Shown here in pieces: positions 42,355 to 52,419 of a DNA stretch of 64,000 bases (the stretch's first letter is position 1; each line of letters starts with the position of its first letter). The stretch lies in assembly GCA_036514635.1 (NCBI GenBank), contig DATBWU010000164.1:337-64336 (forward strand), given 5' to 3'. Under the pieces are notes generated by a model. That model ran no database searches. It saw nothing but the letters and a program-made list of their open reading frames with translations, and was not told the DNA's origin. Source of the stretch: Anaerolineae bacterium (lineage in GTDB: Bacteria > Chloroflexota > Anaerolineae > Fen-1058). The translations under genes and the position numbers were made by a program.

Positions 42355-45177
42355 ATGGACACCGAACGCATGACGCCGATGCTGGCGCAGTATCGGCACA
42401 TCAAGGCGCGGTTCCCCGATGCGATCGTGCTGTTCCGCCTCGGCGACTTTTACGAGACGTTCGACAGCGACGCCAAAACGGCCGCGCGCGAGCTGGAGCT
42501 GGTGCTGACCTCGCGCTCATTCGCGAAGGGCGTGCGCCTGCCGATGGCCGGCGTGCCGCACCACCACGTGCAGTCGTACATCGCCAAGCTGATCGAGCGC
42601 GGCTACAAGGTCGCCCTGGTCGAGCAACTCGAAGACCCGAAGAAGGTTAAGCGGCTGGTGAAGCGCGACGTGATTCGCGTGATCACGCCAGGCACAGTCG
42701 TCGAAGATGCGTTGCTGCGCGCGAATAGCGAGAACTACTTAGCCGCAATTGTCAGTGACTTAACCGCAAAGAACGCAACCCCGCAAACAGACGCGGGGCA
42801 GGCGGGCGCAGAGAATAAATCAACAAACTCCGCGCTCTCTGTGCCCTCTGCGGCGAGTTATGGCCTCTCGATCATCGATCTCTCCACGGGCGAATTTGCG
42901 ACGACGCAGATCGAAGGCGCGGACGCGGAAGCCAGGTTGCTGGACGAGTTGCAGCGCGTGCAGGCCAGCGAATACGTGCTGCCGCCTGCGTTGATGAATG
43001 ACGAGCGTTTCGTCGCCCACCTCCAGGCGATTCGCCCGGCGCGGCTGTCGCCCGTCGACGAGCACGTGTGCGAGGTCGAGACGGCGCGGCGAGTTTTGAC
43101 CGGGCACTTCCGCGTGGCGACGCTCGACGGCTTTGGCTGCGAGCACCTGCCGCTGGCTGTGTCGGCGGCGGGCAGCGCGCTGCATTACCTCCTCGGCAAC
43201 CAGCCCGGCGGCGCGAGCGCCTCACCGCTGCTGCACCTCAATCATCTCTGGACGTTTTCGCTCGCCGAGTACATGACGCTCGATGTGGCGACGCGCCGCA
43301 ACCTGGAACTGATTGCGTCGCTTCCTTCTCCCTTTCAGGGAGAGGGGCCGGGGGTGAGGACTTCGCCGCGCAGCCTGTTCGGCGTGCTCGATGAGACCGT
43401 GACGGCGATGGGCGCGCGGCTGCTCAAGCGCTGGATTCAACAGCCGCTCCTCGACCTGGCCCAAATTCACGCCCGGCTCGACGCCGTAGACGAGCTGCAT
43501 GGTGATGCGTTCTTGCGCGAGGACCTGCGCCGGCTGCTCGACGGCCTGTACGATGTCGAGCGGCTGGTGGGACGCATCGGGTTCGGAAATGCCAATGCGC
43601 GCGACGTGATTGCGTTGAAGCACACGCTCGCCCGCCTGCCGCACATCAAGGCGCGGCTCGCGCAGGTCGAAGCGGCGCGCCTGCGCGAATTGGAGCGCAA
43701 CCTGGACGAATCGCACGCTTCGCACGTCACGCACCTGATCGACCAGGCGATCGTCGACAATCCGCCGATTCTCGTTCGCGAGGGCGGCCTGATCAAGCGC
43801 GGCTACGATGCCACGCTCGACGCGCTGCGCGATCAGGCTGCGCGCGGCAAGCAGTGGTTGAATGAGCTAGAAGAGAAAGAGCGCGAGCGAACCGGCATTA
43901 AGAATCTGCGTGTGCGTTACAACGAGGTGTTCGGTTTTTTCATCGAGGTGCCGCGCAGCGCCGCGCACTTGATCCCGAAAGACTACGAGCGCCGCGCGAC
44001 GATCACGCACGCCGAGCGTTACGTCACACCGGAACTCAAGGCGAAAGAGACGCACATCCTGGCAACCGAAGATCGCGTGAAGGACCTGGAATACGATTTG
44101 TTCGTTCAGCTTCGCAGCACGCTCGCCCAACACGCGATGCAGTTGCAGACGATGGCGCGGATTCTGGCGCAGCTCGACGTGCTCGTCGCGCTGGCCGAAG
44201 TCGCCGCGCGCTGCGCCTACACCAAACCGATCGTGGATGACGGCGACGCGATCGAAATTCGCGAGGGCCGGCATCCGGTCGTCGAGCGGTTCTTGCGCGA
44301 CGAGCCCTTCGTGCCGAACGATGTGCGGCTCGACGGCGAGTCGCAGCGCGTGATCATCCTCACCGGGCCGAACATGTCGGGCAAGAGTGTGTTCGTGCGG
44401 CAGGTGGCGCTGATCGTCTTGATGGCGCAGATCGGCAGCTTCGTCCCGGCGAGCTTCGCGCGCATCGGGTTGACCGATCGCATCTTCACGCGCGTCGGCG
44501 CGAGCGACGACATCGCCCAGGGCCGCTCGACGTTCCTGGTCGAGATGAGCGAGGCCAGCCACATCTTGCGGCACGCCACGCCGCGCAGCCTGGTCGTGCT
44601 CGACGAGGTGGGGCGGGGCACGTCGACCTACGACGGCATCTCGCTGGCGTGGGCGATTGCCGAAGAACTGCACAACGCTGTCGGCGCGAAGACGCTGTTC
44701 GCCACGCACTATCACGAATTGACGCAGCTCGAATCGTCCGACTCGATCCGCGAGCGCGGCGGCGCGATCAAGAATTTCACGATGGCGGTGAAGGAGCAAG
44801 GCCGCGAAGTGGTTTTCCTGCGGCAAGTGATTCCGGGCGGCGCGGAGAAAAGTTTCGGCATTCACGTCGCACGGCTGGCGGGACTGCCGTCGCGCGTGGT
44901 TGATCGGGCGGAGGAGATGCTGCAACGGCTGGAGGAGAGCAGGCAAAGAGAGACTGGGAGCGAGGGGGAAGAGGAGTATGCGCTTTCGATGGATGCGCAG
45001 GGGATCGTGAAGGAAGAGCGCGCCGTGTACGACACGCGAATCGAAGCCTGGCGAGGTATTCTTCAGCAACTACTGACCGTGGATATTGCGAACATGACGC
45101 CGCTCCAGGCGTTGAATCTGCTGAACGACGTTCAGGTGAGGATCAGGGCGTTGGGTGATCGGGTGCGTGAAGATTAA
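42355..45177 (+). CDS. mutS: DNA mismatch repair protein MutS
   Basis: MTPMLAQYRHIKARFPDAIVLFRLGDFYE, Walker A GPNMSGKS, and STFLVEMSE. The ATG at 42355 is preferred because the ORF-track start at 42229 lies inside the upstream repeat. Confidence 0.95.
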   Translation: MDTERMTPMLAQYRHIKARFPDAIVLFRLGDFYETFDSDAKTAARELELVLTSRSFAKGVRLPMAGVPHHHVQSYIAKLIERGYKVALVEQLEDPKKVKRLVKRDVIRVITPGTVVEDALLRANSENYLAAIVSDLTAKNATPQTDAGQAGAENKSTNSALSVPSAASYGLSIIDLSTGEFATTQIEGADAEARLLDELQRVQASEYVLPPALMNDERFVAHLQAIRPARLSPVDEHVCEVETARRVLTGHFRVATLDGFGCEHLPLAVSAAGSALHYLLGNQPGGASASPLLHLNHLWTFSLAEYMTLDVATRRNLELIASLPSPFQGEGPGVRTSPRSLFGVLDETVTAMGARLLKRWIQQPLLDLAQIHARLDAVDELHGDAFLREDLRRLLDGLYDVERLVGRIGFGNANARDVIALKHTLARLPHIKARLAQVEAARLRELERNLDESHASHVTHLIDQAIVDNPPILVREGGLIKRGYDATLDALRDQAARGKQWLNELEEKERERTGIKNLRVRYNEVFGFFIEVPRSAAHLIPKDYERRATITHAERYVTPELKAKETHILATEDRVKDLEYDLFVQLRSTLAQHAMQLQTMARILAQLDVLVALAEVAARCAYTKPIVDDGDAIEIREGRHPVVERFLRDEPFVPNDVRLDGESQRVIILTGPNMSGKSVFVRQVALIVLMAQIGSFVPASFARIGLTDRIFTRVGASDDIAQGRSTFLVEMSEASHILRHATPRSLVVLDEVGRGTSTYDGISLAWAIAEELHNAVGAKTLFATHYHELTQLESSDSIRERGGAIKNFTMAVKEQGREVVFLRQVIPGGAEKSFGIHVARLAGLPSRVVDRAEEMLQRLEESRQRETGSEGEEEYALSMDAQGIVKEERAVYDTRIEAWRGILQQLLTVDIANMTPLQALNLLNDVQVRIRALGDRVRED
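42761..42853 (+). repeat. AACCGC-family repeat copy embedded in frame in mutS
   Basis: taaccgcaaagaacgcaaccccgcaaacagacgcggggcaggcg...ctccgcgctctctgtgccctctgcgg is about 93 nt and encodes DLTAKNATPQTDAGQAGAENKSTNSALSVPSAA. Confidence 0.7.
43321..43362 (+). repeat. GGAGAGGGGC(C/T)GGGGGTGAGG repeat arm embedded in frame in mutS
   Basis: cagggagaggggccgggggtgagg (43336-43359) matches caggagaggggctgggggtgagg at 42212-42234. It encodes PSPFQGEGPGVR. Confidence 0.7.
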
Positions 45178-45221
45178 ATGTCATTCGCGCTTCGTCACCT
45201 CCAATCAACAATCCAAATTCC

Positions 45222-46862
45222 ATGATCCATATTCTCCACAAATCTGTCGCCGAGCGCATTGCGGCGGGCGAGGTGGTCGAGCGGCCCGCCTCGGTGGTGA
45301 AGGAATTGATCGAGAACGCGATCGATGCGGGCGCGCACGCGATTGCGATCGAGATTCGGCAGGGAGGCGTGCCGCTGATCCGCGTGAGCGACAACGGCAG
45401 CGGCATGTCGCGCGAGGATGCGCCGCTATCCGTCGAGCGTTTTGCCACGAGCAAAATCGCGACGGCAGACGACCTGGACGTGATTCGGTCGCTCGGCTTT
45501 CGGGGCGAGGCGCTGCCGTCCATCGCCAGCGTGTCGCAGTTGGAGATTGTGACGCGAACACGCGACGAGATCGAAGGCACGCGAGTGCGCGTGATCGACG
45601 GTCAGGCGCAGATCGGGGCCGCCGGTGCACCGATCGGCACGCAGGTGACCGCGCGCGATCTGTTCTACAACGCGCCTGCACGGCGTAAGTTTCTCAAGTC
45701 GCCGCTGCGCGAAACCGAGTTGATCCAGAAACAGGTGATGACGTACGCGCTGGCATATCCGGACATCGCGTTTCGACTCGTCGTGGATGGGCGGGAGAGC
45801 GCGGGTTGGGTGGCGGCGGCTCCATTGGAGCGAATCGGCGCGGCCTGGGGACGCGAGATCGCGGCGGAGATGGTCGAGGTCGACCAGACCAGTGTTGACC
45901 TGCGCGTGCAGGGATTCGTGTCACGGCCCACACTCGCGCGCGCAAGCCGCGAGTGGCAGATGTTCTTCGTCAACCGCCGCCCGATTCGGTCGGGTCTCCT
46001 CGCCGTGATGCTGGAGCGCCCGTATGCCGGGCGCTTGCCGCTGAATCGCCATCCACTCGCCGTGATTCAGATCGACCTTGACCCGCGTCTGGTAGATGTG
46101 AACGTGCATCCGCGCAAGGCGGAGGTCCGGTTCTACCAGGAGCGCGCGATCTACAACGCCGTCACACACGCCGTCGAGCAGGCGCTGCGCGGTTTTCCGC
46201 TGCTCCAGCCTGCTACAACCGATTGGTCATTCGCCGATGTTGCAGGCCCAGAGCCCGGTTCCGCGCCCGACCCGTACACTTTGCGCGAATCGCGCGTGGA
46301 GTATGGATCGGGGCCGTGGCGCGCGGTCGGGCAGGTTCACAATACGTACATTCTCGCGCAGAGCGCAGACGGCCTGGTGATCGTCGATCAGCACGCGGCG
46401 CAAGAGCAGGTCTTTTACGAGCGACTGACCGGAGGCAGTAATCAGAAATCAGTCATCAGCCGCCAGGTGCAGGTGATGCCGCAAGAAGCCGATCGATTGC
46501 TCGCGCATTTAGAGGAGTATCGGTCGCTGGGGATCGATATCGAGCCGTTCGGGGAGAACACGTTCCGGGTGCTGAGCCTCCCGGCATTCATCCGGGTCGA
46601 TCCGGCGGAACTGATTACCGCACTCTTACAAGAGCACGAGCGCTATCGCGCGCTGGAAGGCGACGCGCTGCGCGACAGACTCGCTTCGAAAGCGGCTTGC
46701 CTCAGCGCGATCAAAGCGGGCGATGTTTTAGATTCTGCTCAACAGCAGGCGCTCTTGGACGAGTTGCTTCAGGCGTATTCCCCGGCGACCTGCCCGCATG
46801 GCCGCCCGGTGTTCGTGACGCTGAGACTGGAGGAACTGGAACGTAGGTTAGGCCGGCGCTAG
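45222..46862 (+). CDS. mutL: DNA mismatch repair protein MutL
   Basis: IAAGEVVERPASVVKELIENAIDAG, DNGSGM, C-terminal dimerisation domain, and a terminal CPHGRP motif. Confidence 0.95.
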   Translation: MIHILHKSVAERIAAGEVVERPASVVKELIENAIDAGAHAIAIEIRQGGVPLIRVSDNGSGMSREDAPLSVERFATSKIATADDLDVIRSLGFRGEALPSIASVSQLEIVTRTRDEIEGTRVRVIDGQAQIGAAGAPIGTQVTARDLFYNAPARRKFLKSPLRETELIQKQVMTYALAYPDIAFRLVVDGRESAGWVAAAPLERIGAAWGREIAAEMVEVDQTSVDLRVQGFVSRPTLARASREWQMFFVNRRPIRSGLLAVMLERPYAGRLPLNRHPLAVIQIDLDPRLVDVNVHPRKAEVRFYQERAIYNAVTHAVEQALRGFPLLQPATTDWSFADVAGPEPGSAPDPYTLRESRVEYGSGPWRAVGQVHNTYILAQSADGLVIVDQHAAQEQVFYERLTGGSNQKSVISRQVQVMPQEADRLLAHLEEYRSLGIDIEPFGENTFRVLSLPAFIRVDPAELITALLQEHERYRALEGDALRDRLASKAACLSAIKAGDVLDSAQQQALLDELLQAYSPATCPHGRPVFVTLRLEELERRLGRR

Positions 46863-46880
46863 TCCTTGCCAGCGGTCGCC

Positions 46881-46992
46881 TCTAAGCGCCTGTCTGAAAA
46901 GCCTGGGCGCACCGGCTTCAGCCGGTCAAAATGCCGACTTTAGTCGGCGATCCGGCTGCAATCCTCCTGCTTTTCAGACAGGCTCTAAGCGC
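46881..46992. mobile_element. MITE-like element with GCCTGTCTGAAAAG TIRs, flanked by the direct repeat TCTAAGC(GC)
   Basis: Left: tctaagcGCCTGTCTGAAAAGC. Right: GCTTTTCAGACAGGCtctaagcgc. The interior has accggc-ttca-gccggt and gccgac-ttta-gtcggc hairpins. Confidence 0.6.
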
Positions 46993-47286
46993 TTCTCCCC
47001 TGTCGATCCTCACCCCCAAGCCCAATTTCCGCATCGACTCCCGCCGGGCACTTGCGCCGCGCTGGGCGCAGCGCCGCGCGATGTGAATAATCCGGCGAGT
47101 CGGGCGCGGCGGTTGCTGAATTTTCGCGTCTTGCCGACACACCCTTGATGGCCCTGCTACAGAGTATTGCTCCGTTGCAGCGACATTACCAGACGCCGTG
47201 ACATAGGCTATAATTTTTAAGGCGGAAGACACGATCATTCGCCAGAATCGCAGCCCGGCAGCTTCGCCCCTAGAAAGGCAGGGAAC

Positions 47287-49872
47287 ATGCGCAGTAGTAT
47301 TCGTAAGCGATCAACCGTAGCTTTCATCGGTCTGGCCGTCGGCCCTTTGTTGCTGGTCGGGGTGATTTTGGCATGGCGAAGCTTTGCCACTGAACAGGAG
47401 CCAGCGCTCAACACGGTGCTCATCACCCTGGCCCCCGTCGTGGCGATGTTAGTGTTATCCGGTACGTTGGGTTTCGGGGTTGTGCGCCGGCTGGAACAAC
47501 AAGTCGCCGAGCGCGAGCGCGCCGAGGAGTCATTAAGACGGACGAACGAAACCCTCGCCGGGCTGGCTGAATTCCCCGCCGAGAATCCCAATCCTGTGCT
47601 GCGGATCATGCGAGACGGCCTCATCAACTATGCCAACCCAGCCAGCGCGGCTGTGCTGGACGCTTGGGGATGCCAGGCGGGGGAGTGCGTGCCGGACGAG
47701 TGGCGCGAGCTTGTCCAGGCCACGTTGGACTCCGGTTCCAGCAGGCGCGTCGAGACGAGTGTCCAGGAGCGTACCTTTTCCTGGACGCTCGCGCCGGTGG
47801 TGGATGCCGACCACGCCAATCTGTATGGACTTGACATCACCGAGCGCAAGCAGATGGAGGCGGCCCTGCGGGAGAGCGAAGAGCGGTATCGCCAGTTGTT
47901 CGAATTGGAATCAGATGTGATCTTTCTGATTGACAATGAGACTGGCCGCATTCTGGAAGCGAATAGTGCGGCGTCAGAGGTGTATGGATACAGTCGCGAA
48001 GAGTTGTTGACCAAAAAGAATACGGACTTGTCGGCAGAGCCGGAAGATACCCAACGGGTCACTCGGACGACGCCGCCCGTCCTCGATCAGGTCGTGAACA
48101 TTCCGTTGCGTTTCCATCGCCGAAAGGATGGGACCGTCTTTCCTGTAGAAATTACCGGTCGCTTTTTCCTCTGGCGAGGACGGTCGGTTCACATCGCAGC
48201 AATCCGCGACATCACTGAGCGCAGGCGCGCGGGAAAGGCGCTGCAGATGTTTCAGCTCTGCATCGAACAGGCAGCGGATGCGGTGTTCTGGTTGGACCAA
48301 GAGGGGAGGTACACATACGTCAATGAAGAGGCCTGCCGCTCTCTCGGCTACACCCGCGACGAACTGATGCACATGCACCTGTGGGACGTGGACCCTGTCT
48401 TTCCAAGAGAGCGCTATGCCGAGGAATGGGCGCAATTCCAGAAGGGCGAACTCGGCACACAACTTATCGAGACCCGGCACCGGCGCAAGGACGGCGTCAT
48501 CTTTCCCGTCGAGGTTTCGTATTGGCAAATCTGGCTCGGTGATACCGAATTGCACGTAGCCTACGTGCGGGACATCACCGAGCGTAAGCGCGCAGAAGCC
48601 GAGCTAGCGGCCAAGCGTGAAGCGGAACGGCAATTCTCAGAGCAGCTTGCCACCCTCGTCGCTGTAACGAACGAACTTTCCAAGGCGCAAACACTTGACG
48701 AACTCTGCCGCCGCGCGGTTGAAGCGGGGCGCAACCGACTGGGATTCGATCGCCTCGCGTTGTGGTTCGTTACTGAAGATGGTACGACCATGCTGGGAAC
48801 CTATGGCACCAGCGTTGACGGGCAAACTACAGATGAACGGCATACGCGGCATGCCATTGACCACCTTTCACGTTTGCGGCCGATTGTGGAGGGCCGTGTA
48901 GCGCTGCAATCCTATGAAGATGCGCCGTTGTATCAGGCCGATGGCAAACAGGTTGGATGGGGCAGGCGGGTGGCAGCTGGCCTATGGGATGGCGAAACAG
49001 TTATCGGCTTTTTAAGCATCGATAATTTCATCCGCCAGCAGCCTTTTACCGACCACGATCGCGAGCTTATGCGCTTGTACGCCTCGGCTCTGGGGCATTT
49101 ATGCACTCTCAAACGTGCGCAGGAGAAGCTGGTTCAGCTTGCCGAAGCGTTGGACCAGCGCGTGACCGAGCGTACAGCGGAGTTGGAGGCAGCCAACCAG
49201 GAACTGGAAGCCTTCGCCTATTCCGTCTCGCACGACCTGCGCGCGCCGCTGCGGGCCATCGACGGGTTCACGCGCATTCTTGTGGAAGACTACGAGCCAT
49301 CCCTGGGGGCCGAGGGCAAGCGGGTGTGTGCTGTCGTGCGTGACGAGGCCCGGCGCATGGCCGAGTTGATTGACGATCTGCTGGCCTTCTCCCGCCTCAG
49401 CCGCGCCGAGATGCAGGCTTCCCCGATCGACATGGAGTCGTTGGCCATCTCAGTATTTTACGAATCGATGATGCCTGAAAGCCGGGAGCGCATTGATTTC
49501 CATGTTGACGCCTTGCCGCCGGCGGTGGGCGACCCGATATTGATCCGGCAGGTGTGGATGAACCTGCTCGCCAACGCCGTCAAGTTCTCGTCCAGCCGGG
49601 AGCGGGCGACCATCGAGGTGGGCAGCCGGCAGGATGCCGGCGAAACCATCTACTGGGTGCAAGACAACGGCGCTGGCTTTGACATGCAGTACGCGCACAA
49701 ACTCTTTGGCGTGTTCCAGCGCCTGCACAGTGAGAGAGAATTCGAAGGCACCGGCGTCGGCCTGGCGATCGTGCAGCGCATCATTCACCGCCATGGCGGG
49801 CGCGTCTGGGCGGAAGGCGCAGTGGATCGCGGCGCCACGTTTTACTTCGCTCTTCCCCGGAACGGAGATTAA
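47287..49872 (+). CDS. membrane-anchored multi-PAS/GAF sensor histidine kinase
   Basis: Two N-terminal TM helices, an ENPNPVLR sensor module, two PAS domains (ITERK/ITERR boundaries) and a GAF-like region. H-box [10 protein letters not shown]. HATPase motifs [16 protein letters not shown] and GTGVGLA. Confidence 0.9.
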   Translation: MRSSIRKRSTVAFIGLAVGPLLLVGVILAWRSFATEQEPALNTVLITLAPVVAMLVLSGTLGFGVVRRLEQQVAERERAEESLRRTNETLAGLAEFPAENPNPVLRIMRDGLINYANPASAAVLDAWGCQAGECVPDEWRELVQATLDSGSSRRVETSVQERTFSWTLAPVVDADHANLYGLDITERKQMEAALRESEERYRQLFELESDVIFLIDNETGRILEANSAASEVYGYSREELLTKKNTDLSAEPEDTQRVTRTTPPVLDQVVNIPLRFHRRKDGTVFPVEITGRFFLWRGRSVHIAAIRDITERRRAGKALQMFQLCIEQAADAVFWLDQEGRYTYVNEEACRSLGYTRDELMHMHLWDVDPVFPRERYAEEWAQFQKGELGTQLIETRHRRKDGVIFPVEVSYWQIWLGDTELHVAYVRDITERKRAEAELAAKREAERQFSEQLATLVAVTNELSKAQTLDELCRRAVEAGRNRLGFDRLALWFVTEDGTTMLGTYGTSVDGQTTDERHTRHAIDHLSRLRPIVEGRVALQSYEDAPLYQADGKQVGWGRRVAAGLWDGETVIGFLSIDNFIRQQPFTDHDRELMRLYASALGHLCTLKRAQEKLVQLAEALDQRVTERTAELEAANQELEAFAYSVSHDLRAPLRAIDGFTRILVEDYEPSLGAEGKRVCAVVRDEARRMAELIDDLLAFSRLSRAEMQASPIDMESLAISVFYESMMPESRERIDFHVDALPPAVGDPILIRQVWMNLLANAVKFSSSRERATIEVGSRQDAGETIYWVQDNGAGFDMQYAHKLFGVFQRLHSEREFEGTGVGLAIVQRIIHRHGGRVWAEGAVDRGATFYFALPRNGD

Positions 49873-49874
49873 CC

Positions 49875-50318
49875 GTGAACCACCTGAATGCCGTGGACAT
49901 CTTGCTGGTCGAGGATAACCCTCAGGACGCCGAGTTGACCGTCCGGGTGCTCAAGAAACGCAACCTCGCCCACCGGCTGTTTGTGGCGGAGGATGGGGCG
50001 GAAGCGCTGGATTTCATCTTCAGCCGGGGCCAGTATGCGCGGCCAAAGATCGTGCCTTCCCCGAAGGTAGTGCTGCTCGACCTGAAACTGCCCAAGGTGA
50101 ACGGCCTGGAAGTGCTGCGGGCACTCAAATCGAATGAACGGACGCGCACGATTCCGGTCGTGATATTGACCTCTTCGCGCGAGGCCCCGGACATCCGGGC
50201 TGCCTACGAATTGGGGGCCAATAGCTACGTGGTGAAGCCGGTGAACTTCGATGCCTTTCAGGAGGCTGTGAGCCATCTCGGCCTGTACTGGCTGCTGGTG
50301 AATCAGGCTCCTACCTGA
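49875..50318 (+). CDS. single-domain response regulator (CheY-like)
   Basis: Canonical [19 protein letters not shown] and VVKP motifs. It starts 3 nt after the kinase stop. Confidence 0.9.
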   Translation: MNHLNAVDILLVEDNPQDAELTVRVLKKRNLAHRLFVAEDGAEALDFIFSRGQYARPKIVPSPKVVLLDLKLPKVNGLEVLRALKSNERTRTIPVVILTSSREAPDIRAAYELGANSYVVKPVNFDAFQEAVSHLGLYWLLVNQAPT

Positions 50319-50335
50319 CGCAACCGATTCGCCGC

Positions 50336-51949
50336 TTGAGGAGAAATCCTATGGACGAATCCATTCGCATCCTGATCGTTGAAGATGTGCGCACCGACGC
50401 CGAACTGGCCGAACGGGAAATCCACAAGACGCTCCAGGCGTGCGTCTTCCGGCGGGTGGAAACGCGCGAGGATTATCTGGCGGCGCTGGAGACGTTCCAA
50501 CCCGACCTCATCATCTCGGACTATCACCTGCCGCGTTTTGATGGCTTGACGGCGCTGAAACTGGCGCTGGAGCGCGCGCCACTCACGCCGGTCATCATCT
50601 GGACCGGCTCGATCAATGAAGACACCGCCGTCGAGTGCATGAAAGCGGGCGCGACGAACTACGTCATCAAGGAGCACATCAAGCGGCTGGGGCCGGCCGT
50701 GGTCCACGCGCTCGAGGAGCAACAACTGCGCCAGGAGCGCTTCTGGGCAGAGGAAGCCCTGCGCGAGAGCGAAGAGCGTTATCGCACGGTTTCTGAACTC
50801 ACCTCCGATTTTGCCTACGCGCTGCGTATCGAGCCTGACGGTTCGTTTACACCCGAATGGATGACGGAAGCCTTCAGCCGTATTACCGGCTACGACCTGG
50901 ATGCCAGCATGGATGGCCGCGCGGCCTGGATGAGCATCCTCCACCCCGGCGATGGGGCGGTTGCATTCCAACACCTGCAGGCCAACTTGTCCGGCAAGAC
51001 GCACGTCGCGGAGTACCGAATCGTCGACAAGAGTGGGCAGGTGCACTGGGTGCGCGACTATGGACGCCCGATATGGGATGCAACACAGAATCGCGTGACG
51101 CGAGTGATTGGAGCCGCGCAAGACATCACCGAGCGCAGGCAGGCCGAAGAAGCGGTGCGCCAGCTCAACGCCGAACTGGAGCAGCGTGTGCGCGAGCGCA
51201 CCGCCCAGCTCGAAGCCGCGAACCAGGAGCTTGAAACAGCCAACGCACGGCTGGAAGCCCTCGGCCGCGTCAAGGATGAGTTTGTCTCAAACGTCTCGCA
51301 CGAGCTGCGCACCCCCCTGGCGAACTTCAAGCTGTATCTGGGCTTATTGGCCCTCCGTCCTGAAAAGTACGACACCTACGTCGCTACGCTCGAACGCGAA
51401 ACAACGCGATTGACGAACCTGGTCGAAGGATTGCTCGTTCTATCGCGCCTGGACCAGAATCGCCAGACCCTGAACCTCACGTCGCTTGATCTGAATGCGC
51501 TGATTAGGGAGTACGTAACCGACCGGTCGTCGCTCGCCGAAAGCAAAGGTCTGACTTTGGTGTTCAATCCAGAGACGGCATTGCCTGCCGTGCAAGCCGA
51601 TCCGAATCTCCTGGGCCAGGCGTTAAGTATCTTGCTGACCAACGCGTTCAACTACACGCCGGCCGGTGGCCGGGTGACTGTGAGCGCGCAGGCCCGCCAC
51701 TTCGACGGCCGACAATGGCTCGGATTCAGTCTCAGCGATACCGGTCCCGGCATCGCGCCGGAAGAGCAAGCCGAACTCTTCACGCGGTTCTTTCGAGGGA
51801 AAGCGGGGCGCGAGTCAGGCGTGCCGGGCACCGGCCTGGGGCTGGCGATTGTCAAGGAGATCGTCGAGCGACATCATGGCCGGGTCGCAGTCGAGAGCGA
51901 AGGCGTACCGGGAAAGGGCGCGACCTTCAGCATCTGGCTGCCTGCTTGA
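50336..51949 (+). CDS. receiver-PAS-histidine kinase hybrid
   Basis: N-terminal receiver (LIVEDV, LIISDYHLP, VIKE), a PAS domain, H-box NVSHELRTPL, and HATPase motifs (DTGPGI, GTGLGLA). Confidence 0.9.
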   Translation: MRRNPMDESIRILIVEDVRTDAELAEREIHKTLQACVFRRVETREDYLAALETFQPDLIISDYHLPRFDGLTALKLALERAPLTPVIIWTGSINEDTAVECMKAGATNYVIKEHIKRLGPAVVHALEEQQLRQERFWAEEALRESEERYRTVSELTSDFAYALRIEPDGSFTPEWMTEAFSRITGYDLDASMDGRAAWMSILHPGDGAVAFQHLQANLSGKTHVAEYRIVDKSGQVHWVRDYGRPIWDATQNRVTRVIGAAQDITERRQAEEAVRQLNAELEQRVRERTAQLEAANQELETANARLEALGRVKDEFVSNVSHELRTPLANFKLYLGLLALRPEKYDTYVATLERETTRLTNLVEGLLVLSRLDQNRQTLNLTSLDLNALIREYVTDRSSLAESKGLTLVFNPETALPAVQADPNLLGQALSILLTNAFNYTPAGGRVTVSAQARHFDGRQWLGFSLSDTGPGIAPEEQAELFTRFFRGKAGRESGVPGTGLGLAIVKEIVERHHGRVAVESEGVPGKGATFSIWLPA

Positions 51950-52350
51950 GCACTCCCGCAGCGGCTCAGTCTGTGACCTTCGCCGAACAACAGGCTTGAC
52001 CGTCGATAACGGCGAATCGCGGCAGCGCTACACGTTCGACCTGTCACCCCAAGCCGGAGTGCCGATTTTAGTCGGCGTGGTTAAACAGGTTGACCCCACT
52101 CTCCGCTTGCCCATGTCGGCCACTGTGCGGCGGCGGGCTGCCAGGCGCGCTACGGGGGCAAGTGAGCCTGCACTCCGATGCTTACCGCTTGCGAGGACGC
52201 GCTTGGTGAGCGATAAACCCTCTTCGATCGATATACTAATTCTAACAAAATTGATTAACTAAAGTGTCAAATTCCATGATATTATCTGCAACAGACTGAC
52301 ATCAAGGATATTTGAACCACGGGAGGCTATCTAAGAGCTAGTCGATAAGA

Positions 52351-52378
52351 TTGACAGGCTTTGCTTCGAACTTAGAAA
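52351..52378 (+). promoter_or_regulatory. weak sigma70-like promoter candidate at the island edge
   Basis: TTGACA (52351-52356)-N16-TAGAAA (52373-52378) in the most AT-rich stretch of the window, about 40 nt upstream of the small ORF at 52420. Confidence 0.25.
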
Positions 52379-52419
52379 TCTGCTATGCCCGAGTAGTTAC
52401 CCTTTCGCAAGGAGCGACA

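Noticed and set aside
43867-45069. 400-aa minus-strand ORF antisense to mutS
   Set aside because: Low-complexity Arg-rich translation. The plus strand encodes the conserved MutS ATPase domain.
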